A DNA stretch of 64,000 nt from the human T2T-CHM13v2.0 reference genome, Homo sapiens, in the NCBI RefSeq assembly GCF_009914755.1, contig NC_060940.1; one strand, given 5' to 3'. Below the pieces are notes generated by a model. The model made no database searches and was not told the DNA's origin. It saw only the letters and a program-made list of their open reading frames with translations. This document shows positions 36,440 through 51,010 of the stretch, one piece after another. Every line of letters begins with the position of its first letter. Position 1 is the stretch's first letter. Both the position numbers and the translations under genes were made by a program.

Positions 36440-37460
36440 GCGGCACGGGCATCTAGTGTCCCAGAGTCCGCACGGGTTGCTGGGGGAAAAAGAGGGATAG
36501 TCGCCCAGCCAGGGCAGGGGTGGGAGTTGGGGGGAGAGGGTTACTTCCTCCTGCCCTGAATCTCCGCTCGGGGTTCAACTGGCTCGCCGGCGGGCGAGGG
36601 CGGGGCAGGCCGGCCTCTCTGGCCCTGCTGGGGGGTGGGGGGCGGGTCCCCCGGGAACTGCTCCTCCCGCCAGCCGCTGCTTTAAGAGGCTGCTCCGCGG
36701 TAGCGAGCGGGGCCGGAGCCGCAGCCCGAACGAGCGGACCGAGCCGACCGGGCAGGTGCACGGCTGCGGGGACGGCAGCGGCATGACCGGCCACCACGGC
36801 TGGGGCTACGGCCAGGACGACGGTAGGCACAGACCTCCCCCACCGCCTCTGGCTCGGACCCCCGACCCAACTGCACTCGCCCCAACCCTCTTGCCCAGCT
36901 GGTTTCCCAGACCGGAAAGCTCCCACACTCCAGGCTGGGCGGGACCCCTCTTCCCATCCCGGCCCCCGAACTTGGCCCAAGCCTTGGTCCCCCGCGCCAG
37001 ACGCAAAGTCCGCGCTGCGCCCCGGGTGGCCCCGCCGCCAGCAAGCGACCTGGCGGCTGTGTCCTGCCGCCTCCTCCGCGAAGCCCCTGATTGCCCAGCC
37101 CGCTCAGACCCAGGCCCAGACTCTCACTCACTCGCCCCGGGCGTGCGCAGCGCGTGGGGGTGGCCCAGGGCAGCGGGGGGCGGGCGCCGCGGAGCGCTGT
37201 GCGCGGGTGTCTGCGGGGAGCGCGCACGGCAAGTGAGCGGGGACCTCGGGGGAGCGGGGCTCCGCGTGGCAAGGGCGCAGTGTCCCCCGGAGAGAATTTC
37301 CCCGCAGAAGTGGCCGAGCTGCCTTCTCGGCCGGTACGTGAGGGAAGGGGGCACTTGGGGGCGCAAGCATGTGTCTGGGTGTCTACACCGAGCAGGGTGT
37401 TTGCGCACGTCCGGGTGTGAGTCGTGGGAGCCCGTGGCCCACACCAGCCTCCTGGGCTGA
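36440..37460. promoter_or_regulatory. CA7: CA7 CpG island/promoter with GC boxes and a TATA-like TTTAA
   Basis: CpG-dense; GGGGCGGGGC near 36598-36607; TTTAAGAG at 36681, 102 nt upstream of the ATG. Confidence 0.88.
36783..36822 (+). CDS. CA7: CA7 exon 1 CDS (MTGHHGWGYGQDD-G)
   Basis: Alpha-CA N-terminal WGY motif; donor G|GTAGGC; 40 nt. Confidence 0.98.
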
Positions 37461-38467
37461 CGCGGAAGAGAGCTCCTTCATCCTGCCTCAGTTTCCTTAG
37501 GACTCAGAGAAAGGGAGAAGAGGCAGAAGGTGAGAGCCAGACGGCTGGAGTGTGGGTCTGGGGCAGTCAATTCCCTTTGGGGCCATTTCTTACCAAGCAG
37601 GGGTGGGGGTGTGGGGTAAGGGGTTCCCTATTTCCCTGGGGAGCCAGTGCAAGACAGGTGGGGTGCGGAGAAGAAAAAGTAATGATGGGAGGAACATCCC
37701 CCAGCCCCACTCCTCTGCGGAGAGGCAGTCACTTTGTGAGGTTGGGTGGGGGACCACAGTCTGGGAAGCCAGAAAGTTGCAGTAGACCAGAGGGAGGGTG
37801 CTGTGGAGTCTTTGGCTCCCTCTGGGGCCCCAAGAACAAAGGAGCATATTTTGGAAGAGAACCCCCAGATCTGGGTATGCAAGAGCTGGAAAGAGACATT
37901 CAGAAAAAGATGATATAGACAAGCAGAGAGGGAGAGACAGGCAGACATGGGGCAGATGGACAGGACCCATAGGGATCATCTTCTCCCAGCACCTGCTCTG
38001 AGCCACCTTTTGGGTGCTTCCCCCAGAGCCAGAGTCCCCTGCCTCCAGCTCTTCTTGCTAGTCATGCCCACCAGCTCTGAGCACCCAGTGTCCTGTGTAG
38101 CCTGCTCCATGGGCCTGCTCCCCCAAAGCAGCCACCCCATCACCCAGGCAGAGCTGGATTGTCCAGTCGAGGAAGGGAAGGACAGAGGACAGAGGTGCCG
38201 GCATGCAGCAGTGTTCACAGGGCTTCAAAAATAACCCAGAGGGGCCGGGCCACGATTCTGAGTCATCCATTGGGGACACGGCTCTGTCGGCACCTGCTGC
38301 TGTTTTCTCAGGAAAACTTAAGAAGCCAAAAAGGGGGAGAAGCACCAGCCGGCAGTAGCTCTAAAAATAGGCTGCATCTCAGGATGTTCCCCAGGGAGAT
38401 GCTGAGCCTCTCGGCTGCAGATGGATCCTCTGGGAGGCAGGTGGTGGGCGCCTGTGGGTGTGTATGC

Positions 38468-38470
<3 letters not shown>

Positions 38471-38498
<28 letters not shown>
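38471..38498. repeat. (TG)14 microsatellite in CA7 intron 1
   Basis: Direct reading. Confidence 0.95.
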
Positions 38499-39324
38499 CA
38501 TGGGCATGTGTTTTGCTGTGGTCCTTTATGCAAACTTGGGTCTCCAACAGAGGGGTTTGTGTGTGAGAGAGCATATGCGTGTGTCAGATGTAGTCTGCAG
38601 GGCTGTGTGTGTGTTTGTACACATGAATGTTCTGGGCCTGGCTGCTCTGTGTGCACAATGGAAGATCATAGAAAGATTAATGTGTTCATAGGAAGATCTC
38701 TATGGACTTGCAGGCACACACATTGGGAGGGCAGCTGGGGGCAGTGCATGCACATGCTGTATTTATATTAGTACATATGCATGCACACATGTGTGAGTGG
38801 CCCTCAGTTCCCTCATCTGTGAAATGGGGATCTTGCTGGTTTCTATTTCACAAGGTGGTTGTGAGAGGCAAATACATGTCACAGAGTCAAAGCTAGGTTG
38901 ATGTGAGTTTTTGTTGTTATTTATCACAAACACCAACACCAAATTGCCCAAGGCACAGAAAGAGGTGAGATACTGATGGGGTCAGGTCAGAGACTTCAGA
39001 TGTCTGGAGGTCTCCCTGTTGGGGAGACTTATTACTCTGAGCCACCCCGAGCCTGTAGCTGTTATGTTCCCTTCCATACAGTACCTCTCTGGGCCTCCTA
39101 TCAGCACTGGAAGGTGAGTTTTAGTGAGACCATTTCACAGACAAAGAAATGGAGGCTGAAAGGGGAAATGGCAAAGCTGGGATTGGAACTCCAAGCTGTG
39201 CAGCTCCAATGCAGGGGCTCACCTCTGAAAGGATGCTGAAGAGACCATTCCCCTATGGGTGTCCTCGGCCTGAAGCCCAGAGATCCTGGCTGGCCTGAGT
39301 CCTTGCCCTCCTCCCCACCTGCAG

Positions 39325-39522
39325 GCCCCTCGCATTGGCACAAGCTGTATCCCATTGCCCAGGGAGATCGCCAATCACCCATCAATATCATCTCCAGCCA
39401 GGCTGTGTACTCTCCCAGCCTGCAACCACTGGAGCTTTCCTATGAGGCCTGCATGTCCCTCAGCATCACCAACAATGGCCACTCTGTCCAGGTAGACTTC
39501 AATGACAGCGATGACCGAACCG
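39325..39522 (+). CDS. CA7: CA7 exon 2 (PSHWHKLYP...QSPINI...NNGHSVQVDFNDSDDRT)
   Basis: CTGCAG| and |GTAAGT, 198 nt; QSPINI motif and proton-shuttle His66 (CA II His64 equivalent). Confidence 0.99.
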
Positions 39523-42194
39523 GTAAGTGGCCCCTGCCAAAGCCTGGCACCTGGCCCCTGGCCCCTTAGGGTCCTAACCTTGTGTTGGGCAGTCTCAGGA
39601 AGCATGCTATGGTGGGTAAGAAAGGTTCCTCCTCTCACCAGCTGTGAAGCCTTGGGCTGATCTTCAGTCTCCTTATGTATAAAGTGAGAGCAATAAGACC
39701 TACCCTCTTAGGTCATAGAGGGGAAAAATGAAAAAACCAAGTAAGGTCGATAGATCTGGCACACAGCAGATGCTCAGGAAATGCTAATTTCTTTCCTTCC
39801 CTTCCTTCCCTTCCTTGTGGTGCTACAGATCAGGTTTGTTTTCACTCTCTGCCCCATCACTGACCTGCCAAGCCCTCCTCGCTGTGTGATCTGGCCAAGC
39901 CTAGCAGGGAGAGAGAAGGGAGCTAAAATTTACAAGTGCCAAACCCCTTGCTAAAGTCACAAGCCGCTCATTTATTCTTCTCAATAACCCATCTCTCAGA
40001 TGGGCAAATAGAGGCTTGATGAGCTGGGGAGGGCCAGAAGCAGCCTGGTCCAGCCTGAAGGTCTCTCTCTCTCTCTCCAGTTCACCTATGACTTCAAGGT
40101 CCAACCATCTTGGGCCAGTAAGAGGCCAGTGGGAATTCGTGGCAGCTCCTTCCAAGGCCTCTTTGCCCTGGGATTAGAGTCCAGATTCTTTCATGATAAA
40201 TTCCTAGACAGGAGTGCTGTTCATTGAAGGGATTTTCGTCCTTATGACTGGGCCTTACGACTGGGTAGAGTGGTGGAATGGGGCGAGGAAGAAACCTACT
40301 AGAGTTTCTTGTGTAAGGAAGTATTAATAACTGGTTCCTTCCTCCTCCTTCTCCCCTCCCCACAAATACAATAAAAGCCCTCAAAGGAACTTAAGTTTCA
40401 AATGGAAAATTAAAAGGCAAAGAGGATGAAGGAAGCCAGACCTTTCATGAGAAGAGTGATCTTACTTAGTTCTGAGTTCCCTGGTAGGCTAGGAAAAAAC
40501 AGAAAGAGGATTGATTATAGTTTTTGCTGCAAAAGAAAGGGAGTCTAGCAGATCCTCAGGAGAGAGACAAAGCATTTATTTCCTGGTACTGAATTCTAAG
40601 AAAAGCCTCTTACTCAGAGCTTTGGGGAGGGGGCGTGGGGCTCTAGCTGACCCTAGATGATAGTTTGGCAAGGAACAGTTTTCATATGACTGTCCCTTCT
40701 AACAGCCTTCAGAGGGCACTGGGGGCTCAACTAAGAAATCAGTAGCTCAATGAAGGCCACTGGGGTGGGAGAAGACACAGGGGGACATGCCTTTGGATTA
40801 CTGATCTGGGGTGTTGCCTTCAGGCCTGGCTGGGGCTCCCTCCCCCACCCAGAATGCCCAGGCCGGAGGGCGCAGGAAGCCAGTGAAAAGAGGAATGAGA
40901 TGGTGGGGCTCTGCCACTCACCCACTGTGGGTCACTCCAGAGGTCAGACGGGTTGATGCCAGCAGAGTGCCAAACACACATTGAGTGCCCCGTGAATGGC
41001 AGCACATTCTGTGTGTGAACTGGGGGAGGAGGCTAAGGGGTCCAAGGTCAAGGGGTGTTACGGAGGGAGCTCCCTCTCTAGGAGCCCACACTATAGGGTC
41101 CCAGGTGAGGCATGCTTTGGAGGGTGGCATCTGCAGACCTATCCAATTGCTTAGCCTGCAGGCTCAGCCGCTCCTGCTTCCAGGGATGGGGCAGCCTGAT
41201 TAGGGCCCCACCCACAGCTACTACTCCCAGACTCCTAGCCAGTGCCCAGGTCTTGCCTCTTTGATAAGACCGGGCAAGAAAGAGGGACTTCTGGACTGTC
41301 CTGTCCTCCTGCTTAAGGAGGCCACAGGGCCAAAGCCCTACCCTGGTCACCCATCATGGAAGGGACCAGTGGAACTCTGAGCCTGGGGTGTTATCTGATC
41401 CAGGAGCTCACATTCAAGCCTAGCTGGGGCTCCCTCCACCTCCAGATCCCTTTCAGCTGGAAATTCTATCAGTCCCAGGAGGCCTCGTGCATGGCCCCAG
41501 CTCACTGGGTGTCAAGGCAAGAAAGTTACAAAGCCAGCACAAGTGGGGCCCTCAGAAGAGGCCATTTCTGGGGGAGGCGGCACTGGAGGCACCTGGGCCT
41601 GTCCAGGAAGGTAGAGACCCTCAGGAGCTACCCTCCTCTTCTGGAAAAGCACAAAGTTTAAAGAAGTTTCAAGGTTCTAGGGAGGCAGTGTTGCCTGGTG
41701 ATTAGTGGCTTGGGCTTTGGACATAAGAGATACTAGTTCATACCCTAGTTCAGTGCCTTGCTGTGTGACCTTGAGCAAATGCCTCGTCATCACTGTGCCT
41801 CAGCTTCTCTCTTTGTAGAATATGGATAATAATAAGTTCTGTCCCTCATGGGCTACTATGCAGACTAAACAAAATAGTCTCTTCAACCTAGCCCTGGATC
41901 AGGGTTTCAGACATGGTAGGCCTAACTGTCAGTGATAATGGGGGTCCTGGGAGGCAGGGTCCCACCCTCCATGGGAAATCGGGCAGGAGCGGGGAGGACA
42001 GCTAGATAGAGAGCTGTCCTCTGTCAGTCCCAGACCCTTCTGCCACCTGCCGGCTGTCAGGATTTCTGCCCTGGCCCAGCTCAAGGGACAGGGGTCTAGG
42101 GGGCAGTGGGGACCAACCCAAGCCCAGTCAGCCCAGTGAATTTTCCAAATGAAAAATGTATCCCACACTTTGGAAGGCTGAGGTGGGCAGATCA

Positions 42195-42567
<373 letters not shown>

Positions 42568-42835
42568 CTACAAAAAATAAACAAATTAGCTAGGTGTGGT
42601 GCCACATGCCTATAGTCCCAGCTACTCGGGGGGGCCAAGACAGGAGGATGGCTTGAGGCCAGGAGGTTGAGGCTATCATAAGCCATGTTTGCACCATGGC
42701 ACTCCAGCCTGGGCAACAGAGCGAGACCCTGACTCAAAAAAAAAAATGTCCCTTTCCTGGGCTGCTGCCCTGGTCCTGGCACTGGGCTGTCGGTCCTCTC
42801 CTACTCATTGCCACTCGCCCCACTTCTACCCACAG

Positions 42836-42954
42836 TGGTGACTGGGGGCCCCCTGGAAGGGCCCTACCGCCTCAAGCAGTTTCACTTCCACTGGGGCAAG
42901 AAGCACGATGTGGGTTCTGAGCACACGGTGGACGGCAAGTCCTTCCCCAGCGAG
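42836..42954 (+). CDS. CA7: CA7 exon 3 (VVTGGPLEGPYRLKQFHFHWG...GSEHTVDGKSFPSE)
   Basis: 119 nt; Zn ligands His96/His98 in QFHFHWG; GSEH motif. Confidence 0.99.
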
Positions 42955-43757
42955 GTACGGGCCCTCCTCCACTTGAATCCCTCTGCTACATGGGAAGGAA
43001 CGCAGGCCTGGGTAGTCAGGGGCTTGAGGATGCCTGGGGTCGGGCCTTGGAGAGGGGGAAGAGGAGCACCCGGGGCCTTTGGGAGAGATATTTTCTACCC
43101 ACCCCCAGCACAGGGTCTTCCATCTGACCCTGTCCACTGCTATCCTTCCTGGTCTGTGCGTCGTGGAGTTTTCTGAAGGGCTACCCAGTCCCACTGCAGC
43201 CTTGCTGACAGCCCTTTAAGGGTTGAGCCCAGTATTCAAGACTGTGCATGAACTGATCTTGCCTGGCCTCATCCTTCCCCTCACCTCTTCATACACTGAG
43301 CTGCATGTGACGAATCCCCTGTCCACACCTGGCTCCTTCATACCACCAAGCTTTGTCTGTGCTGTTCTCTCTGCCTGGAATGCCTTTCCCCAAGGCTTCC
43401 CTCTGATAACCCTCTGCTTATTCTCTGGACTCAGCTGTAGGCACCACCTCCTCAAGGAGGTGTCACGCTGGATGTTCATGATCGATTTCACAGCTCGTTC
43501 CCTGCAAGGCAGGGCTTGGGCCAGATTCCTCTTTGGGTCCCCCGGAGCCCAGAAAAGAATTGGGCCCAGAGTTGGGTGGATGCTACCTGTGACCCTCTGG
43601 GGCTCCCCTGGACCCCCCAGCATCCTAATCCTTGGAGGCTTGACAGCTTCCCCTTCCTGCAAAGAGGCCAGGGGTCTGGTGGGAGTGAGGGGAGCCTGGC
43701 TCAGAGTTCCCATTGCCTCTGGGAGGCACGAAGCATTGGCCTGTTGTTGCCCCATAG

Positions 43758-43853
43758 CTGCATCTGGTTCACTGGAATGCCAAGAAGTACAGCACTTTTG
43801 GGGAGGCGGCCTCAGCACCTGATGGCCTGGCTGTGGTTGGTGTTTTTTTGGAG
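43758..43853 (+). CDS. CA7: CA7 exon 4 ([32 protein letters not shown])
   Basis: 96 nt; third Zn ligand His121; CATAG| and |GTGAGT. Confidence 0.99.
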
Positions 43854-43958
43854 GTGAGTGGTGGTTTGCTGGGGCCTGGAGGGGCATGGGAGGCCTGGCA
43901 CTGCCCCTAGTTCTAGAACACAGTGGGCTCTGGGCTCACACTGCCCTCTCCCTGACAG

Positions 43959-44021
43959 ACAGGAGACGAGCACCCCAGCATGAATCGTCTGACAGATGCG
44001 CTCTACATGGTCCGGTTCAAG
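43959..44021 (+). CDS. CA7: CA7 exon 5 (TGDEHPSMNRLTDALYMVRFK)
   Basis: 63 nt, GACAG| and |GTAAAG. Confidence 0.97.
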
Positions 44022-44447
44022 GTAAAGTCCCTGCCCCTGACCCAAGCAGCCCGATGGGGAGAGAGGAAGAGGCTGGCTCACAAGTTGGGCCCTTCCAGTC
44101 CTTCATTCTGGGAGTAAACCCTTGCTGAGACCAAGGAGGAGGGTCAGCATCAGCAGGGCCCTGCACCTGATTCCTCATCGGGGTCAGCAGCCCCCTTGGG
44201 TGTCCAGCATGAAGCCCGGCTAGGTATAAAATTGATAAGATGCTTGTCACATTAATGGTGGTCTAATAGGCAATGTCATTGAGGGCAGCTGAAGGCAAGG
44301 GAGGGAAGATCGTGGCCAAATACCTCCAGGAGCCACAGCTTTTACATACAAGCAAACGGATGAGAGGGCCCGGCTCAGGCTGGAAGATGGCATCTGGGAT
44401 CACAGACATTTGCTCACAATTTGCATCAGTGGACACAGAGAGGCCTA

Positions 44448-45162
<715 letters not shown>

Positions 45163-45670
45163 GTGAGTCCTCTCAGAGGACCAGATGGAGGGACATGGCA
45201 CTCAGGGCTCACCCCAGGCAGTGTGACTCTCCAACTAGCACCCCACAGCCCGTGATCCCACCTTCAAGGTTCCTCCCCATTTTTTACTAATAAATGTATA
45301 GATTCTTGGTTGGGAGTTAGCTTGATTGTTAATCACCAGAACCTAGACACTGGCTGGGAGCGGGGATACCTGGATCCTGGGACCCCCACCCCCGCTACTG
45401 TGTTGGAATCTGAATGCTACATTTGCTGATAAGTCTTAGCTAGATGGGCTTGGAACTAGAACTAGGTAAAGCAGAGCCCAGACCCTTTAGTGAGTAAATA
45501 AATGAGGGTCCTGCAGAGAAAAATGAGTGGGGAAGAGTAGGGACAGACCCTAAGGGAAGGAGGAGGGAGGGGTAGAGCTGGCTGGGCAGGTATGCCAGAT
45601 GATGCATCTGGGGTCATAGAGGACCACAGCACCCCCAATCTGCCCTGAGCATTCCTTCTGCTTCCTCAAG

Positions 45671-45793
45671 ATGGGGAAGTTCCGGAGCCTGCTTTTTACC
45701 TCGGAGGACGATGAGAGGATCCACATGGTGAACAACTTCCGGCCACCACAGCCACTGAAGGGCCGCGTGGTAAAGGCCTCCTTCCGGGCCTGA
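45671..45793 (+). CDS. CA7: CA7 exon 7 CDS (MGKFRSLLF...NFRPPQPLKGRVVKASFRA*)
   Basis: 123 nt including TGA; the seven exons total 795 nt = 264 aa + stop. Confidence 0.99.
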   Translation: MGKFRSLLFTSEDDERIHMVNNFRPPQPLKGRVVKASFRA

Positions 45794-46415
45794 GCTGCCC
45801 ATCTGCCTAGCCGGCCACTAGGGCACCATCTTCTCAAGGGCTTCCATGTCAGCAGACACCAAACCATCTGAGGCTTCCTCCCTGGGGGGTGCTGGGGACC
45901 CTCCTTCAGCCAGTTTGCTCCTTGGTCACCCTGGAGGCTTCTGGATGGGACCCTTGAGTCTGGGGCACCCTTCAGCTGCCCTGGGGACAGGAAGGACAGG
46001 AGCTAAGCAGGGTCCAAGCCTGGGGCTGCCTCTGCTCTCCAAGACCCAAAGACCCTGGGAACCTCCTCTGGTCTTCCCCACTGGCAGTGGCAGCAGCCCC
46101 ACCCCGAGCGCACACTGTGATGGAGGAGACTGAGCTCCCTGGGGCGGGCAGCTGACACTACCAGAGAGACTCAAGCAATAATTAGAGGTGGGCAGAGCTG
46201 CCCTCTCGGCATTACCTCTTCTGCAGGCTCTGCCATGCACGCACCTCACTGCCAGGCCATTAAAATCAGCACCCAGCATGCTGGAGGTGACGTGGCCTTC
46301 TCCCTCCAGCCACCTGCTGCCACGGGCAGGCCCTGGCTATAGCTTATACAGTATCTCCCCTTGTCCCCACCCAGTCACCAAAGCCACCTACATGACAGTC
46401 CATCCCTGTTGAATT

Positions 46416-46421
46416 AATAAA
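46416..46421 (+). terminator. CA7: CA7 polyadenylation signal AATAAA
   Basis: First AATAAA after the stop (~620 nt of 3' UTR), followed by CA dinucleotides and a GU-rich downstream tract; a variant ATTAAA also lies at 46259-46264. Confidence 0.8.
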
Positions 46422-46767
46422 TTAATGTATCCATGCAACAAATACCAATTGAGTGCTTGTGCTGTCTCTAGTACCGTCCTAGGCTTTGGGGAGCAATGGT
46501 GGTGAGTTAAGCACTATGTGTTGGGAGGGATATGAGTGGTGAGCAGGTGAGGGTTACACAAAGGGCAGGGAAGGGGCTATGGGAGCAGATGAGAGGGGAA
46601 GACCATGTCACTCAGCAAAGAAATGCAATTCTGGTCAGGCGTGGTGGCTCACGCTTACAGTCCCAGCACTTTGGGAGGCCAAAGCAGGTGGATCACTTGA
46701 GCTCAGGAGTTCGAGAGCAGCCTGGCCAACTGCTGAAACCCCGTCTCTACTAAAATTACAAAAATTA

Positions 46768-47289
<522 letters not shown>

Positions 47290-47529
47290 TTAGGAGGTGG
47301 TGCCCAAAAGACAGTGTTTGGCTGTTCAGGATAGAGAGGAGACCAGGGCATATCCCTGAGCAGAAAGTGGAGCCTTCACTTGCTCTGGGAACCCTACAGG
47401 GAGCTGGCCACATTGGACACGCAGCATTGTGGGGTCCTGGAAGGAAAATCTAAGGGGGCATGTGCCTTCAGGCCCAGGCCCTGCACACGCACAACCCCAA
47501 GAGGGGGTTTTATTTTTATTTTTATTTAA

Positions 47530-47823
<294 letters not shown>

Positions 47824-50234
47824 TAAAGTGCTGGGATTACAGGTGTGAGCCACCGTGCCTGGCCCTAGAGTGCTTTTTTTTAAATGTGCATCCTCACCCT
47901 AGTCCCTAGTCCAAGTCCAAAAAAGTGCCCAAGGGCAAGTTCACAGTTGGGCTTAGAGACCAAGTGATGATTGTGACCCAGATGAGACAGCGGCAGGAGC
48001 CGGAGACAGACACTGGGGGTGCTGAGGAGTGAGGGGAGGTGAGAAACTGGGACCTCACATGCATAAGTTTAGTTGTGAAGGGGGAGAAAGGGACAGTGGA
48101 GGGGGCTGCGGGGAGATGGAATGTCCGAACACCCTTGGGAAGGAGGCCCCACTGCAGGGCCAGGAGGGGCTGGTGGTGCATGTCATCAGCTCACTTTGAC
48201 CACAGCTCCTGTCAATGTTACTATACCAGAAGGGAACTCCCAGGCCACAGGGCACTTTTGGGTCTTAGATTAACTTTGACCTCAGTGATCTGGGGAAGGG
48301 AGAGGCTTGCTCTATGGACCCCCCTCCCACTCCCATGCTTAGGGCAAACCTGTCTCCGGAGTGGGGAGGAATGGGGTATACAGGAGGAGCAGGCCAAATA
48401 GAGAGTTACCCTGCAGGCGCCCCTGGCCTGATCTAGGTAGGGGCCATTTTCTCCCTCCACTTTTGAGGAGATGGTGAGGAGAGGGAGAGAGGTGTCTGGA
48501 GGACAACATTTGCTCAGCTTGGAGGCAGGCAGCTGTGGTAACAGGGAAGCAACGCCAGTAATGTTCCTGTTAAAGCAGGTAAAGGGCCTGAGGCAGACGT
48601 CCAGCTCTCCCTGCGATCCAAGAACTGCTGTTACCCCATTTTACAGATGAGGATGATGAGGCTCAGGGAGGTTAGGTAGGCAGGTCACAGAGCAGGATTT
48701 GAACCAGGATCTGTCCAGTAACTCTTCTACTCTATACTAGAGCAACTGGGCTCAAAGGAGGGTGGGATGGGTATGGTGGTGGCCATCTGGAGGTGGCATA
48801 ATAGCCCCAATGCTGCTAACTGTGCCAGGGACCCTGTCCAGCCCCTCCCAGGGATGGTGGCATCACAGGCCCGGCGCTGCAGAGGACTTGGAAAATGGGA
48901 GCTGGTTTTATAATAATTACCCCGAGACTGCCAAGAATCCTCACTCCCTAAGTCCTTTCCCTTATTCACTTTTTAAATTTAAAACTATTTTAAAGCTGAA
49001 AGTGGCCTCCTTATGTTATAATTACAGCCCCAGATTTGACCCTATTATATCCAAATGGGATGTCCCAGCTGGATCCCAGCACACCTGGCCTCAAGGGACC
49101 CAGGACTGGGTCCTAAGTCCTCATTCAGGACAAGATTTTCCCCTGGAAGTGATGCTGGGGACATTTGGGACACCCAAGACAAGATGAGCTCTACTTGCTC
49201 CCAGGACCCCAGAGGGGCCCTCCCTGGGCAGCCAGTGGTGGCCCTTGGATTGATCCAGGCAGGGCTGTGGGCCTGCCAGCAGCCACAGCCTGCGGAGTCT
49301 GTGCCCAGGCAAGGGTCACAGTCTTCCCTCCAGTGCAGGCTGTGGGCCCCAGAGCAAGTCCCTTCTATGGGGCGGGCCTCAGGAGGTGGGATGGTTGTGA
49401 AGATCTGATCCCCCTGAAGCTCCTTCTGCAGAGGGCTGTCTTCCAATCCCATGGTCACCCTATAGCTGCTGCTGTTGCAAAGGCTTGGGAGTGTCCCCTC
49501 ATGGCTAGCGCTGGACACATACCCACTGGCGTGCTCATCTGTGGGGAGAGTGATCTGTGGACTGAGCAACAGCTGGAGACAGGAACAGAAATAGGTCTGA
49601 GGTGGAGGTTGCAAGATAACCTGATAGTTGATGCCTGGGAGGGAGCCACAGCTGATGTCAAAGCTAAGAGGGGTTGGAGCAGGGCAGAAGGCTTTCGGAT
49701 GCAGTTGGAGCTGGCCTGGGGTTGGGGAGAGAGGTCAGACAACAGCCTGAGCATCTTGGGGATCCTCTCGCATCCATGGGTCACAACATCAACTCTGAGG
49801 CCACCCTCAAAGGCCAAATGTACTGCTGGTTGGTCAAGACTCGGGGGGAGGAGGAGATGTGACTCTTTGATCACGAAATGTTCTGGCATTTATCCTCTAG
49901 CCAGAAGCAAGGCCTGGGGAATGTATCTCTTTTGAAGTCTTATCTGCTCACAAATCCAAGGGCCCACTTACCCGGGTCATACCTGGGTTTTGCACCATCT
50001 GTCACTCAAACCCTCTGAAGCTTATTTCCTCTTCTGTAAAATGGAAATGACGTGTGAGCCATTTTTGTAATTTAAAATTTTCTAATACTGATATAAAATA
50101 TATAGAAAGAGACATAAGGCCGGGTGCAGTGGCTCATGTCTGTAATCCTAGCACTTTGGGAGGCTGAGGCAGGAGAATCACTTGAGCCTCGGAGTTCAAG
50201 ACCATCCTGGGCAACATAGCAAGACCCTGTCTCA

Positions 50235-50574
<340 letters not shown>

Positions 50575-50647
50575 TTAAATAATGTACTTAATTTAACCCA
50601 ATTATATCCAAAATATATGCATTTTAATCTGTCACTAATATTAATAG

Positions 50648-51010
<363 letters not shown>

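Noticed and set aside
43216-43887. 199-aa and 223-aa ORFs in CA7 intron 3/exon 4
   Set aside because: Partly L2-like decayed sequence and off-frame or antisense overlap with exon 4; no recognisable domain
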